From: the human T2T-CHM13v2.0 reference genome, Homo sapiens
DNA: 64,000 bases
Strand: one strand, 5' to 3'
Assembly (NCBI RefSeq): GCF_009914755.1
Contig: NC_060925.1
The notes under the pieces were generated by a model. The model was not told the DNA's origin. It searched no databases and saw nothing but the letters and a program-made list of their open reading frames with translations. The translations under genes were made by a program, and so were the position numbers. This document shows, one piece after another, positions 1-14,466 of this stretch (position 1 is the first letter of the stretch; each line of letters starts with the position of its first letter).

Positions 1-458
1 ACAGCAAAGACTTGGAACCAACCCAGATGCCCAACAATGATAGACTGGATAAAGAAAATGTGGCATATGTACACCATGGAGTACTATGCAGCCATAAAAA
101 AGAATGAGTTCATGTCCTTTGCAGGGACATGGATGAATCTGGAAACCATCATCCTCAGGAAACTAACACAGGAACAGAAAACCGAACACTGCATGTTCTC
201 ACTCACAAGTGGGAGTTGAACAATGAGAGCACATGGACACAGGGAGGGGAACATCACACACTGGGGGCTGTTGGGGGGTTAGGGACAAGGGGAGGGAGAG
301 CATTAGGAAAAATACCTAATGCATGTGGGGCTTAAAACCTAGATGACGGGTTGACAGGTGCAGCAAACCACCATGGCACATGTATACGTATGTAACAAAC
401 CTGCATGTTCTGCACATGTATCCCAGAACTTAAAGTAAAATAAAACAAACAAAAAAAG
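1..458 (+). mobile_element. L1PA (PA7/PA8-like) 3' end: ORF2 C-terminus, 3' UTR and A-tail
   Basis: ORF 37..219 is the L1 ORF2 C-terminus (DWIKKMW..YYAAIKK..GTWM.LETIIL). A G-rich 3' UTR ends in ccagaacttaaagta plus an A-rich tail. Confidence 0.93.
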
Positions 459-990
459 AAAATGTGGTGTCTATACACAATGAAATCCTGTAAAAGCCAT
501 GAAAAAGAATGCAATCCTGTCATTTGCAACAACATGGATGAGCCTGGAGGACATTATGTTAAATGACATTGGTCAGATACAGAAAAGCAAATACCTCATG
601 TTATCACTCATAAGTATAACCTAAATAAGTTGATCTCATAGAAGTAGTAAATAGGACAGTGGCTGCCAGAAACTAGTGAGGGTAGGGAGGATGGAAGGAT
701 GAGAAGAGGTTGGTCAATGGGTACAAAGTTACAATTAGAAAGGAAGCATAGGTTCTGGTGTTCTTTTGCACAGAAGGGTAACTATAATGAACAATATGGG
801 AATCTATATCTCAAATTAACTAGAAGAGAATATGTTTAATGTTCTACTACAAATAAAAAATATGTGTTTGAGGTGATGAATATGCTAATTACCCTGATTT
901 GATTATTAACACAATAATACATGTATCAAAACATCACATTGTACCCCAGAAATATGTATAATTGTACGTGTTCAATAAAAATACAAATGA
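459..990 (+). mobile_element. Older L1MA 3' end, interrupted by the L1PA above
   Basis: aatgtggtg..catttgcaacaacatggatgagcctggaggacattatg and the L1MA-type UTR gatgaatatgctaattaccctgatttgatt..acatcacattgtacccc. Confidence 0.85.
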
Positions 991-999
991 AAGAAAAAC

Positions 1000-1112
1000 A
1001 TGCAGTTTCTAACTCAGTAGGTCTGGGCTGGGCCTGAGAATCTATTAATAAATTTCTAAGAAGCTCCAAGATGATGCAGGTGCTACTTGTCCTCAGACCA
1101 CTTTTTGAGTAA
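1000..1112. mobile_element. MER5A (hAT-Charlie) fragment
   Basis: tcagtaggtctgggctgggcctgagaatc..ttctaagaagctcc..gatgatgc..gaccactttttgagta resembles MER5A. Confidence 0.7.
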
Positions 1113-1165
1113 AAAGTGGCCAGGCGATCTTCTCTTCTTTTGTTTTATTTTATATTATTTGTTCA

Positions 1166-1456
1166 TTTTTTTTGAGATAAGATCTTGCTCTGTCTCTCAG
1201 GCTGGAGTACAGTAGTGAGATCATAGCTCTCTGCAGCCTTGAACTCCTGGGCTCAAGCGATCCTCCTGCCTCCATCTCCCAAGTGGCTGGGACTACAGGT
1301 GCACACCACCACACCCTAGCTAATTTTTAAAATTTTTGTAGAGACAAGGTCTTACTATATTGCTCAGGCTGGTCTTGAACTGCTGAGCTCAAGCAGCCCT
1401 CCCATCTTGGCCTCCCAAAGTGCTGGGATTACAGGCGTGAGCCACGGTGGCTGCCC
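1166..1456 (-). mobile_element. AluJ
   Basis: Poly-T plus antisense Alu dimer with J-type gatcatagctc/gggctcaagcgatcctcc. Confidence 0.92.
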
Positions 1457-1520
1457 AATCCCCTTTTCTTTAGTGCAGTCTTTGCACAGAAATCTAAGGC
1501 TGTCGAATAAGCTACATTCA

Positions 1521-1824
<304 letters not shown>

Positions 1825-1967
1825 ATTCATCTGCTTGTATTTGCCTGGTATATATTTTCTTGTACCTCTGCTTCCAATTTCTCTCATTAAAATCATTCTC
1901 TCTTAGTGTTTTTTTTTTTAAACAAGCAATCTATATTGTAATTGAATTCTTTAAAACATACAATTGA

Positions 1968-2265
<298 letters not shown>

Positions 2266-2479
2266 TACTCTCTACCTTTTGATAAAAGGAATTAAGTTGG
2301 TAAGTTGGTATATAGTTCATTCAATTACGTGTATTGAAATTGATTATATTTCTATATCAATTATTTTATACATTTTATTTTATTGTTTTTTTCTTGTAAT
2401 CTTTTTTTCTTTTACAAGCTTGCACAAATTTTTGTTTAATACCCTATTTTCTCTTTTTTAGTTTGAAAATTTTCATGGT

Positions 2480-4810
2480 CAAATATCTAAAATAAAACTT
2501 TTAGATTTCTAACTGGGCAGAGATACATCAATTAACAGATTGAGAAGACACACATTTGGTGTAAGAGATGTAAATATATTAACAAATTTTGCTACAAGAA
2601 GTAGATAAATGCTAAAAAATATAAAATATTTGACTAATACAATTTAATAGACATATTTAGTTGTACCCTACAAAAAGATACTGAATTTAAAAAAAAATTT
2701 TATGTTAAATACATGAAATTCAACACATTTTTAAAAATCAACAACTACTCTATTTGAAAGTTAAGGAGCACAATCCTAAAAGATCCTTGGATCAAAGAAG
2801 AAATCAAAATCAAAAATTTAATTTGTAAAGAAAGTAATGAAAAAAGAACGTATTAAATCCAAACCTTCAGGATATAACTTTAAACTCAGCTGTAATACCT
2901 ATAATATCTCTTAAAAAATAAAGAACAATGGTTCAATTTTAAAAATTAGAACAAAAGCAATAAATAAACCAAAAGGAAACCAAAGAGAAGGGAATTAATA
3001 AAGACAAAGCTGAAATTAGCATAAAGCATAAATCCAAAATTACTTGTTGTATAAATAAAACCAAAAGTTGATTATTTGAAGAGAACTGTAAAACAGATAA
3101 TTCCTGTGTTAGAAGAATTAGGCAGAAGTATAGTATTAAATTTTTTTAACTTTTATTTTAGGTTTTGGGGTACGTGTGAAGGTTTGTTACATAGATAAAC
3201 ACATGCTATGGGTTTGTTGTACAGATTATTTCATCACCCAGTTATTAAGCTCAGTACCCAATAGTTATCTTTTCTTCTCCTCTCCCTCATCCCACTCTCC
3301 ACCCTCAAGTAGAGCCCAGTGTCTGTTGTTTGTTTCTTTATATTAGGAATTTTTAAGTGGTATATTACCTCAGATATTGAAAAAACTAAAATAATTACAA
3401 AAAAGTGCAATTATCTGGCAAAAAATATATATTTAAATTAAAGTAAATAGATAACAACCCAAATAAAAAATTAAATATTATGATTTATTTATAATAATAT
3501 TAAATATTATAAATAATATTTATTCATAATATTAAATATTATAAATAATTAAATATAAAAATATTAAAATTGACCCAAGGAAAATAGAAAACTAAACAGA
3601 TTAATAATCACAAAAGAGATTAGACATGTAATTAAAGAACTACCATTTAAAAAGCACTGTATACAACCTCTGCACAAGGCAGCTTGGCAATATCTACCTA
3701 AATGACATAGGCATATACTTTCTGACAGAGCAATTTCATACCTTGTAACTTTTAGACATATAGCATATACGTGAGCTCATATTTTTACACATGTGAAATT
3801 ACATAAGTCTAAGGTTATTCATTGAAATATTGTTTAAAATATTAAAATGTGGGAAACACCCTGAAAGTCCTAAATGTGACATTGATTCAATGAAATACTG
3901 AAGAGCTGAAAAAATTTTACAGCTTATACTTTTAAATGAAAACACAGGATTCAGAATAATTTGTATATAATCTATGACTATTTCTGTAAAAGTGGTAGTA
4001 GATGGGAAGATATCTATGTGTGCTTGTTCCTATAAGTATAAAAAAGTCTCTGGAAGTGTACACACTCACACACACAGACACACACACACACTGCATTGGC
4101 TTTCTATGATGATGGCAGTGGGACACCAAGAGATGGGTGAAAAGGAGACTTTTCACTTTATATTGATAGTTCATTCATATTTTTTAAAAACATTGAGCCA
4201 TGTAACTGTATTACCAAATCAAAAAACTAAGTAAATATTAAAAGATACCATTTCCAGATTGGTTTTCATGACTTCCAAGTAAATATAAAACCATAGTTTT
4301 CTATCTTATTTATCTCAGAATATAAAAAAATTCCCAATTTTTGAAAACGCTAGTACATTCTTACTACCAGATAAGGCAACTTATAGAATATAAAGGCTAT
4401 AGACTAATTTAATGTAAAGAAATAGACACAAAATTTTAATAAAATATTAGCAAATGAAGTCATCAGAGGATTAAGAATAAAACATACTATGACCAAGCAG
4501 CAGAGGAACCAGGAATACAAGAATTCTTCAACTTTACAGAATCTAACAATATACTTTATTTCATCAGCAAGTTAAAGAAGAAAAAAAGCGTATTATATTA
4601 ATAGCTGCTAAAATGGTATTTTTAAAGATTCTGTGGTATTCATAATAATTTTGAAAGCACCATTTGAGTAGAAAATAAAACAAGATGCAGAGTTATACAT
4701 GTTATGATACAGCATTTATATAGGTTTAAAATGCACAAAGCAATAATTTATGGCTTGTAAAGCTATGTATAGTAAAAGTATAAAAGCATAGGTGGAAAGG
4801 AGGCATGCCA
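2480..4810 (+). mobile_element. Highly decayed L1M (L1ME-like) ORF2 and 3' fragments
   Basis: A-rich sequence with L1 ORF2 relics (ggatcaaagaagaaatcaaa, aaaccaaaagttgattatttgaa, aaaatattagcaaatgaagtc). Confidence 0.6.
3141..3339 (-). mobile_element. Short old L1PA (PA15/16-like) 3' end
   Basis: ttttattttaggttttggggtacgtgtgaaggtttgttacatag..cagattatttcatcacccag..ccaccctcaagtag. Confidence 0.85.
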
Positions 4811-4869
4811 ATTTTCGAAAAAAAGAACGACAAAATTATAAGATCTGTCTTCATTAACCCTAGTTGTGA

Positions 4870-5115
4870 ACAGAACTGACCTTGACCCAAACTACCTGTG
4901 ACTGCGTCCCCAATCTACCACTTACTGGTTGTATATGTGACTTATGGCAAGTTATTTAACCAACTTCTATTCCTCAATTTCATGAGTGTGAAAAGTGTAT
5001 AATAATAATGCCTACCTCATAGGTTTGTTATCAGTATTAAATGAGTTAAGATTAATAAAAGAGCTTGGAACAATGCCTGGTACAAAGTAAAGATCCAATA
5101 AATGATAGTTGTTAT
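4870..5115 (+). mobile_element. MIR
   Basis: MIR core ggcaagttatttaac..ataataatgcctacctcataggtttgtt..attaaatgag..tgcctggtaca..caataaatg. Confidence 0.8.
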
Positions 5116-5511
5116 AGTAGATGTTGCTGTTGTTTATCATTTATTATTATCACTATCATCACTATTAATTCAGTCTTAGCTAAAAATTACAATCAAAGTC
5201 AGAAGTTCTATAAGCTTAATTGGAATTTAATAAGGAAACTTGTAAGAATGGGTGCCTAGTGATACAGATGCTTTGGAAAAAAAAGCAGTTTTAGCAAATA
5301 CACTTTGTCATTTAATTAAGGAAAAGGATAGTGAACATTTACATACAAGGATGACAAATTTTAAGTTTAATATATACTCAGTCTGTATCTTATCATTATG
5401 AGGTTAAATTTATAAATCTACTTGCTAAAAGCAATGAATTTTCCTATAATATTGAAGGTTTGTTTTAATATTTCTAAGGACTGTAGTCTCTCTCAAAATA
5501 TCTTATTATAT

Positions 5512-5592
5512 GCAATATTTTTGGACTGCAGTTCACTCTTGGGTAATCGAAATCTTGGAAAGTGAAACCATGGATAAAGAGGAACTACTGTA
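5512..5592. mobile_element. MER8/Tigger-type MITE terminal fragment
   Basis: ggaaagtgaaaccatggataaagaggaactactg-ta resembles a Tigger-type terminal inverted repeat with a TA flank. Confidence 0.55.
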
Positions 5593-5843
5593 CCTTCTCC
5601 ATTTTGCTGTGAAACTAAAACTGCTCTATAAAAATAAAGTCTTAAAAATGTAAAAAAAAAGGAATTTTAAGAAACCTAATAAAAATTATGTTGCAAGTAA
5701 AACTAAAAGTTGAGATTAACTTTTAAAAGCAATGTAGAATAGTGCTGTTCCTTGGTGGGTGGTATGCTTTGAAATATCTTTAAAAAGTAAAGGCAGTGGA
5801 TAGACCTTCACACACCTGGTTTGTCCATCTGCTGACTCCTCTC

Positions 5844-6132
5844 TTTTTTTTTTTTGAGACGGAGTCTCTCTCTGTCCCCCAGGCTGGAGTGCAGTGGCGC
5901 GATCTCGGCTCCAAGCTCCGCCTCCCGAGTTCACGCCATTCTCCTGCCTCAGCCTCCCAAGTAGCTGGGACTACAGGCGCCCGCAACCACGCCTGGCTAA
6001 TTTTTTTGTATTTTTAGTAGAGACGGGCTTTCACCGTGTTAGCCAAAATGGTCTCGATCTCCTGACCTTGTGATCCACCCACCTCGGCCTCCCAAAGTGC
6101 TGGGATTACAGGCGTGAGCCACCGCGCCCGGC
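5844..6132 (-). mobile_element. AluY with TSD ctgactcctctctt (5832-5845 / 6136-6149)
   Basis: Y diagnostics (aagctccgcctccc, ttcacgccattc, cgtgttagcca) and a visible direct repeat. Confidence 0.95.
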
Positions 6133-6434
6133 AATCTGACTCCTCTCTTAATTCACAGCCTCACTCACCTCTTGGGGCATGAAGATATATGTTGCTTTGT
6201 CAGTGAGCCTTTCCTTTATCAATTCTGTTTTTACACATGGTGTTTCTTCATCTTGGGTCATCTGCCCACCCTCTCATCTACTGGCTGTATCCCATTAGCA
6301 CTTCAGGTACCAGCAATGCTGTCTCATTCCTCTTCAGAAAGCCTTCTGTGAAGTCCTAAGTAAGTTCAGAGCAACTTGTAATTATTCCAGTGGGCTCCTC
6401 TTAGTGTGATAGCTGCTTATTTATAGGTCTTTCA

Positions 6435-6560
6435 CTATAGTATAAGCTCCTTGAAGACAGGGACTATGTCTTTTCTACTGCTTTGTTCCCTCTGCCTGCC
6501 TATCACAGCGATCAGTAGGTGTCAAGAATTCAATACTTATTTATTGAAGAAAGAGTGAGA
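6435..6560 (+). mobile_element. L2 3' end
   Basis: tataagctccttgaagacagggactatgtc..tcaatacttatttattgaa. Confidence 0.65.
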
Positions 6561-6785
6561 GAAAGGAAGAAAAGAAAGAAGGAAGTGACCATAAATATTT
6601 CACCTAAAGAAGGCCGAGTTTGGTGGTTTCGTAAAATCTAAGATTACCATATATCACTTATCATTAAAATGGGACAGTTCTGAGAGTGACAGGGGCAGGA
6701 GGGGGCACTATTAGTAAAGACACTGAGAAAACAGGGACAGAAAGGAGCTACCTTCCGCAAACTGAGAGTGATATTGACTACTTGA

Positions 6786-7152
<367 letters not shown>

Positions 7153-7186
7153 TCCTTCTCTTACCTTTGTCCACCTGGCAATCATC

Positions 7187-7465
7187 TGTCTTAGTGTGTT
7201 TTGTGCTGCTATAACAGAATACCCAAGACTAGGTAATTTATAAAGGACAGAAATTTATTTTTTCAGCTCTGGAGGCTGGAAAGTCCAAGACTGAGGTGCC
7301 CACATCTGGCAAGGGCCTTCTTGCTCTGTCACCCCATAGTGAAAGGCAGAAAGGCAAGAGGTTAGAGAGAGAAGGGGAGGGAGACAAATGCATTATTTTA
7401 CAGGAACCCACTTCATCTCTAACTACTCCACTCCCATGATAAAGGTATTAATCACTTCATAAGAG
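7187..7465 (-). mobile_element. MLT1A-type MaLR LTR (partial)
   Basis: tgtcttagt..gctgctataacagaatacc..gtaatttataaag..ctggaggctggaaagtccaaga. Confidence 0.82.
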
Positions 7466-7704
7466 TAACATCATTTCTTGTGAAGTTCTTCACAGATCAC
7501 TCCCAGGCAGAATTAATCATTCTCTTCACTACTGTATCTATGTGGCTTTCTGGAAAAAAAAAATGTTAACATTTGACATATATCATCCCCTTCAAGGGTT
7601 TTCCAGACACAAGTATTCCAAAAACAAAAGCAGTGATGTCAACTACCTGTCACTTAAGAAGATATTGTCTTACTTTTAACTAAAATATATATGTTATATT
7701 AGGT

Positions 7705-7916
7705 TTGCGGTTATAAAACAAGGGAAATTGTACCTCCCAGAGAACATTTGGAAATGTCTGAAGACATTTTTGGTTTTCACAAATGCTACTGGCATCAAGA
7801 AGGTAGAGGCCAGGCATGCTGCCAGATACCCGGCAATGCACAGGACAGCCCTCTCCTCCACCAACAAAGAATCAGCTGGCCTTGACTGCCAATATTGCTG
7901 AGGTTGAGAAATCCTG
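7705..7916. mobile_element. MER20 (hAT-Charlie)
   Basis: acatttggaaatgtctgaagacatttttgg..tgctactggcatc..gtagaggccagg..tgctgaggttgagaaatcctg. Confidence 0.85.
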
Positions 7917-8106
7917 TACTGAGTCACAAAATGAGTCCACTGTGGCTTCAGCTACATGTAATTGTCTCATCTTATATCTTCCTCTGTTGCAACTCCTAAA
8001 CAGTCATCTAGATCTGGAACCTGACTCCAAAATGTAGCTTAGAGTGAACTCAGAGGTTGTCATTCTAATAACAAACACCACAATAAACTGTGGGTTTTCA
8101 CCCGAT

Positions 8107-8258
8107 TCTTTCTTTGTAACTGTATATATTTAAGGTGTACAACATGATGTTTTGATATACTTATCTTGATATATATATATATATGTGAAGTAATTACTAT
8201 AGTTAAGCAAAATAACATATCTATCATCTCATATAGTTACATTTCCTTCTTTTGTGGT
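8107..8258 (-). mobile_element. L1MA 3' end fragment
   Basis: tgtatatatttaaggtgtacaacatgatgttttgatatac..ctatcatctcatatagttac. Confidence 0.75.
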
Positions 8259-9759
8259 ATCAACCCATTCTTAACCTTATTGTTTAGATTAATTTTATAG
8301 TCTCTACAGAACTGGTAGGCTTTCACAAAACATGACTGCTGCTCCCTAATTCAGTGGTTAGTCAAATCACATGATAGAATTGCTCCTTCAAATGCTGGCA
8401 AGCAAGAAGCATATGATGAAAGGAAAGCCTGGGATTTGCAGCTTCTCTTTTCAACCTTAGATAAAATCAACAGACATGGGAAAGAACTGGTAATTTAAAG
8501 GAATGATATACTACTACTCCTCATATTTTGCTGAGATATGTACCCAGGACCATTTTCCTGGATGCAAACACTGGGTTGTTATACCACCCAAGAAACACAG
8601 AATGGCAGATGCCAAGCTTTTATAAGTATTTTTTTGTATGCTAAGTGTTTGTAATAAGCTTGTATATTTCAATGCTTTTGCCAATATTACACTTTGTTGT
8701 TACTTTTAGCCATTACAATACATTTTACAGTACTTAAAAATTACCTGTTTATATATTTCCCTTTGCTGTAAATCTTGTGTTTCTTGATGGTAAGAGCTAT
8801 ATATCCCATCTCTTAGGCTTTGACACAGGGCTGCAGCATAGTATACATAAAGCAGAGGCTCCTTGTGCTGAATAGTTATGATAAGGATAATTTGGATCTA
8901 GGCTCAGTTTAAGAGGCCAAATTAAACAGTCAATTAAAAAAAGAATACATAAATGATGGTTCAGTTGTCAACCTGGAGTTTAGTTGGGCTCCACAAAAAT
9001 AAGTTAGGTGCTTGAAAGATCAGAATTTGTTTTTGCTAAACCAAGGTCAGGAACATCTGAAGTCAAAGTTGGTAGCTATCAAGTAAATTCTCTCACTTAG
9101 AGCTTAGCGTCAGAGGTAGGCTGAGAGTTGGACCTTTATCAGAGAGGGAGGCCACATATGATGGTATCGTCTATTATTCTTCACCTAGGTGTAAAGAGTA
9201 ACTCATGATGCTCAATCTGTCTGCTTCTCCAGAGAGTTCTGATACTTCCAGTCAGTAAATCATAAAATACTATTGCATACCTGCTATACCAGGCACTGTA
9301 TAGGGAGCAATGAACAAAAGAGAGGCCCTGCTCAATACAAAACTTTACACAAATACACACACACACGCACGTGCACACACACACACACATACAGGACTTA
9401 TATACCGTATATACAAATGATGCACTTGCTGGGAAAGCCTAGTCTGAGAGTGGGGATTCAGAAATGGGTGGAATCTCCAAAGTCTTTTGCCCCTAACTTT
9501 GTCACTGACTTTGCTTCCTAACCAGAAGTCAAATCTAAAAGTGAATCCTTCATTCTTGGATATGATTTTTTCCTTTCCCTTGAGCTTCTTTTTTAATAAG
9601 CACTATTACTAAATCTAATCCAAACTATTTTGCTAATATGAAATTAGTTTTGGCAACATGCAAGAAATATTTACATATTGGCATCTTGTTCAACCTTTTT
9701 TGTTTTGTTTTAGCAGATGTTCCAGGGTTTATAAAATATATTTTTAACTTTTTCCACTC

Positions 9760-11100
9760 TCAAATAATGTATGGTCTGTAAATATAACTCACAATACATG
9801 TTGTCTCCTTCTGTCCTTTGTGCTGTTCTTGTTATACATTTCACTCTGATATATATTTACTCCAATATATTTTACAATACATTGCTATTAGTTTTGCTTT
9901 CAACCATCAATTATCTTTTAAAGATATTTTTAAATTACAAAAATATCTTTTATATTAATCTCTAAATTTATCATTTCTGGTGTTTTCTTTTGTGCATCTA
10001 ATTTTTCATTTGGTAGAATTTCCCATCTTCCCAGAGAACTTTCTTTAACATTGATTTATAGTAAAGATCTGCTGGTGAGAATATCTCTCAGCTTATGTTT
10101 GTCTAATAAATTATTCATTTAATCTTCATTTTTGAAAGTTATTTTAACTAGATATAAAATTCCAGTTTGGATTTTTTCCTGTGTGTCCTTTGGCGATGTG
10201 TTCCATTGTTCTCTGACTCACATAGTTTCCAATGGGCAGTCTGCTATCAATTTTATTTTTATTCTTTAATGCAATGTGTTATTTTTCTCTGACTACTTTT
10301 AAGATTTTTTTATTGCTGGTTTTCAGCAATTTGTTCATAGTTTACCTAGATGTCATTTCTCTCAACTTTCTTCTTCCTGGGATTTATTGAGCTATGGGAT
10401 TATTGCTTTCATTAAATTTGAAAAATTACTATTATATTTTGTTAACTATTTTTAAACTAACTTTGAATCAATTTAATTCTTTTAAAGCTAACTTTTAATT
10501 TTGATTAGCACTAATCTGTAGTAGGCTTTAGCCTAGGGCTAAATTAACCCCACTACTAAGGCAATACCCATATAGGACTCTATCCAATTCCTTACATATT
10601 GCAAGGTCCCTCCATTGTAGCTATTGGGATTGAGGACCACCTTGAATTGTGACCTCCAGGAATTTTGGACTTAACTGCTTTCATATTTTTTTCATCAGCC
10701 TCATGGAGTTTTATCCCATGCATATACAGATTAATATTCAGACAAAGATTCAAGGACACACTTCAGCAGACCTTTAGAGTCCTCTCTCTGTTCAGCTCTT
10801 TCCTCTTTAACTTTCTGTCCACAAATTCTGGTTGTCTCAGCCTCCTTGAACTCTGATCTTTGTTTTCTCACCTCAGCAAGACCACTGCCTTGTCTCTGGT
10901 TCTCCTTTCCATCATTGTGGCCTGGAAACTGCCTTTACATAGTATGTGACAGCAAATATTCCTCATCCGTTTCTCTTTTCTCACTGAGCGGTAGCTCAAT
11001 ATCTGAAAAGTAATTGTTTCACATATTTTATCAGGTTTTCTAGTTATTTATGGTGAAAACACTATTACTATTGTAGTTAATCCTTCATTAGTGGAAGCAT
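9760..11100 (-). mobile_element. Old L1M 5' UTR/ORF1 region
   Basis: Antisense L1M motifs: tctttaacatt..agatctgctggtgag..tctcagcttatgtttgtct..cttcatttttgaaag; ttagcctagggctaaattaaccccactactaaggc. Confidence 0.7.
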
Positions 11101-11539
11101 AAATCCAAATGTTTTATTTTTTACTTTTATAATTTCCAGTTGATCTTTTTATATAATCTACTCCTTCAGTAAAATCTGTATAAGCAATATTATGAATTCA
11201 ACCCAATCTCTTTTTTTGCAAATATAAAATTGTTTCTTGCTTACATGTAAAAGATGTTTAATGGCAATTAAAAAAAATCTGTTAATCAAAGTTATATATA
11301 TATAAGGCTCACATTTCATTACATCTCTGAGTTATGCATTAACCATAGAGCATTTGTTATAAACTATTTTAAAACTATAAACACCAAACATTCTATTGTT
11401 TTATTCATGCTTTCTAAACAGTATTTACCTAAATATTCATGTCTATATAAATTCTTTATAAAATTTTTCTTCCCTAATTTGCTTCATATAGAGATTGTGT
11501 TCCGTATATTTTTCTGCATATTATATACCACCGTGTCAA

Positions 11540-11900
11540 CTCACTCACTTATACACTCATTAATTAGTTCATTAAAGTATTTATTTATTCACTCAGAAGT
11601 TTTTATTAAATGTGTACCATGTGCTGACACTATTCTAGACCCCAAATATAAGAAAATAAGAGACAAACCACCCTATCCTAGAGTATTTTTCTGCTGATTG
11701 AAGAAGGTAGAAGGGGAAATATCCCCTATGATCATTGCATCATTGAGGCTTGAAAGGGTGCATCTGACAATGAAGCTTTTCTGAAGTAAGTGACATCTGA
11801 GCTATATTTGGAAGGAGAAGTTGAACTTAGCTGGGAATCAGGTATTCCAGACAAAGAACAACAGAGAATTTAAAGTAAACACATTGGCTTTTATGGGAGA
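11540..11900 (-). mobile_element. L2 3' region
   Basis: (attc)-like tail, ttattaaatgtgtaccatgtgctgacactattctag, gtgacatctgagct..gtattccagac. Confidence 0.7.
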
Positions 11901-11919
11901 GGAGTGTGGAAAGATATGT

Positions 11920-12283
11920 CTGGGCAGTTAGTGGCCAGCTGCAAATCTGGAGAGATCTTCACTCCCATGCTTGGTGGCTGACGCTGCTGTCGGTTGAGGT
12001 CTCTCCAAATACCCTAGGCCTCTTCGTACCATGCTGGTTTCAGAATAGTTGGATTTCTTATATGGAAGATTAGGCCTCCAAAATAAGTGAACCAGTGAAT
12101 AAGACAAAAGCTGCATCACTTTTTATGACTTAGCTTCAGAAATCAGGCATTGACTTTCATGTCATTCTATTGGTTATAATTGAATTATAAGCCCACACAG
12201 ATTCAAGGAGACAAGGCATAGGCCCCACCTTAAAATAGAAAGAATATCAAAAAAATTGCAGCTATTTATTTAAAACCATCACA
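11920..12283 (-). mobile_element. MLT1H-like MaLR LTR
   Basis: aagctgcatcactttttatgacttagcttcagaa..cattctattggtt..cagattcaagg..ttaaaaccatcaca. Confidence 0.7.
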
Positions 12284-12299
12284 GCAGTCATGAAAGAGG

Positions 12300-12520
12300 C
12301 TGTTAAATGCAATGTTATGAGGAAAGATTCTGAAGTTAGATAGGCAAGGGTTTCCAGCTCTATCAATTTCTGGATGATTGATTTCCCGTGAGCCTGTTTC
12401 CTTGCCTATGAAATGGAAATAATGCTTTCATAATTGGGTCATCGTGAGGATTAAATGAAATTATGTTCATGACATGTTTATTACAATGTTTGGCACCTAG
12501 TTAATGCACAATTAGTAATA
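12300..12520 (+). mobile_element. MIR
   Basis: gagcctgtttcc..tgaaatggaaataat..gtgaggattaaatga..tggcacctag. Confidence 0.7.
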
Positions 12521-13699
12521 CCTCCTTTCCCCCAAGTAAATTAAATCCAAATATTTGGCTACCATAATAATCTATGCTATAGTAATACCTTTGACTATAT
12601 ACATAAAACACATTTTCTGCCTTATAGTAATTTTTGCTGTTTTTAAAAGATACTTCCAAAAGTTTCCTTGAAGTCAGATTTTTGAGAAAGTTAGGAAACT
12701 TCTGGAAGTGTCTTAAAAATAAGAACAAAAAAAAATTACAAAGCAGAAAGTATACTTTATGTATTAAAGATAGGAGAAGAGAAGACTGAGGAAAAAAAGA
12801 GGTTAATACCACAGTCAAAGCAACGCTTTACAGTCATGATTCTGGGCAAAGGGATGACAAGAAAAGCATTCACTCTCTGGTCTGGTATACATCTCAGGGA
12901 CCATGGCTTTCCTTGTGGAGCAGATCCCCAGTGCCTCAAAACCACCATAGGGAAGTTGCTCTGCTTTCAATGGCAGACCACTGTATCATCCCACATGAGC
13001 AGAACATTTCAACTTTGGCAGAAATTCTTTTTAAAAGTGTGTCTTGAATGGAAAAAAATTAAAAATCTAAGCTCAAATAAGATCTAAAACCATATGTTAA
13101 ATGGGGATGAAACAAGCTATGTTAGACCTTATGTAAGAGTTTAAGATTAGGAGAAGGAAAAAGTTAACCACCCCCCTGCCCCAACACCCCACCACCCAAG
13201 GAAAGTCAGCCGTCTTAAACAAATAGGAGGAATGTTGCCGTGGAAGGAATATGCACTGTGAATCCTTTATTGGGCTGTCAAATTTCGGTCAACATGCAAA
13301 ATTAATTTCTGTCAAACTAAATACCTATACTGTTAAGGGAGTAAATATCAGATAGATGATGAGAATTTTAACATACTTGAGACATGAAAGGCACAATGCA
13401 ATAGGTAGCCGGTACCAAAGAAAGATGATAACATGTCTAGTGGAACATGAGGTGACTCTGCTTTGTGAGAGCATGAGGGGTCAGTCAGGCAGCAACATTC
13501 TGCTCCAATAGTACTGCTAGTGGACAGACAACTAAGAGACTGATCTGCTTAGAAGGGCATTGGTATACTATAGCAATGGCTTATTTTAAGCTTATTGAGT
13601 TGTTTAAAAGTACAACTGCTAAAAATCCTAGTCCTAAATCATGCCATGAAACATATAAAACTTGAAAAACCACTGGAGTCTAACAGTCTTGAGTTTTTA

Positions 13700-13900
13700 A
13701 CAAGGATTCCACGATTTGCTCATTATGTAACTTGTTGGGACTTTGGACACAATATTTATTTCTTTATTTGTAAAATGGAGGCAATAATACCTACTTCCAG
13801 AGGTCTTGTGAGATCTAAATGAGATACAAAATATAGGAAAAATATATCTACCTGACAAAGTGTCTAGACCATAGTAAGTATCCAATAAACAGTAGCTATT
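13700..13900 (+). mobile_element. MIR
   Basis: tgtaaaatggaggcaataatacctac..ttgtgagatctaaatgagat..catagtaagtatccaataaa. Confidence 0.72.
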
Positions 13901-13914
13901 GTTTTATTAGTGAA

Positions 13915-14076
13915 TTAGATCTGAAGCACCTTGATGACTTAATAAAAATGACGATTTTTTTATTCCTTGCCAGGGGATTCTGATTAAATAAATATATAGT
14001 AAAGCCCAAGGCTTCTCTATTTATTAATTTTAACTTCCCAAGTGATTCTAAAGCTCAACCAGGTTTGGAAACCACC
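13915..14076. mobile_element. MER5-type DNA transposon
   Basis: gattctgattaaat..ttcccaagtgattctaa..ccaggtttggaaaccac. Confidence 0.55.
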
Positions 14077-14175
14077 AAAATAGATAAGCTTATATGTTGT
14101 AAAGCTAAATTTGCAGGTTCTGCTGTGTTTTCAAAAATATCCTTAAGTAGAGCATTTTTATTTAAACCATATCAA

Positions 14176-14466
<291 letters not shown>

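Noticed and set aside
3468-3570. AT-only tract with a short internal duplication; also a ~20-bp duplication near 15774-15811
   Set aside because: Ordinary replication-slippage low-complexity sequence.
12520-13690. Unique-looking stretch checked for extra FMO exons or a processed pseudogene
   Set aside because: No FMO motifs or other recognisable protein similarity in the supplied ORFs.
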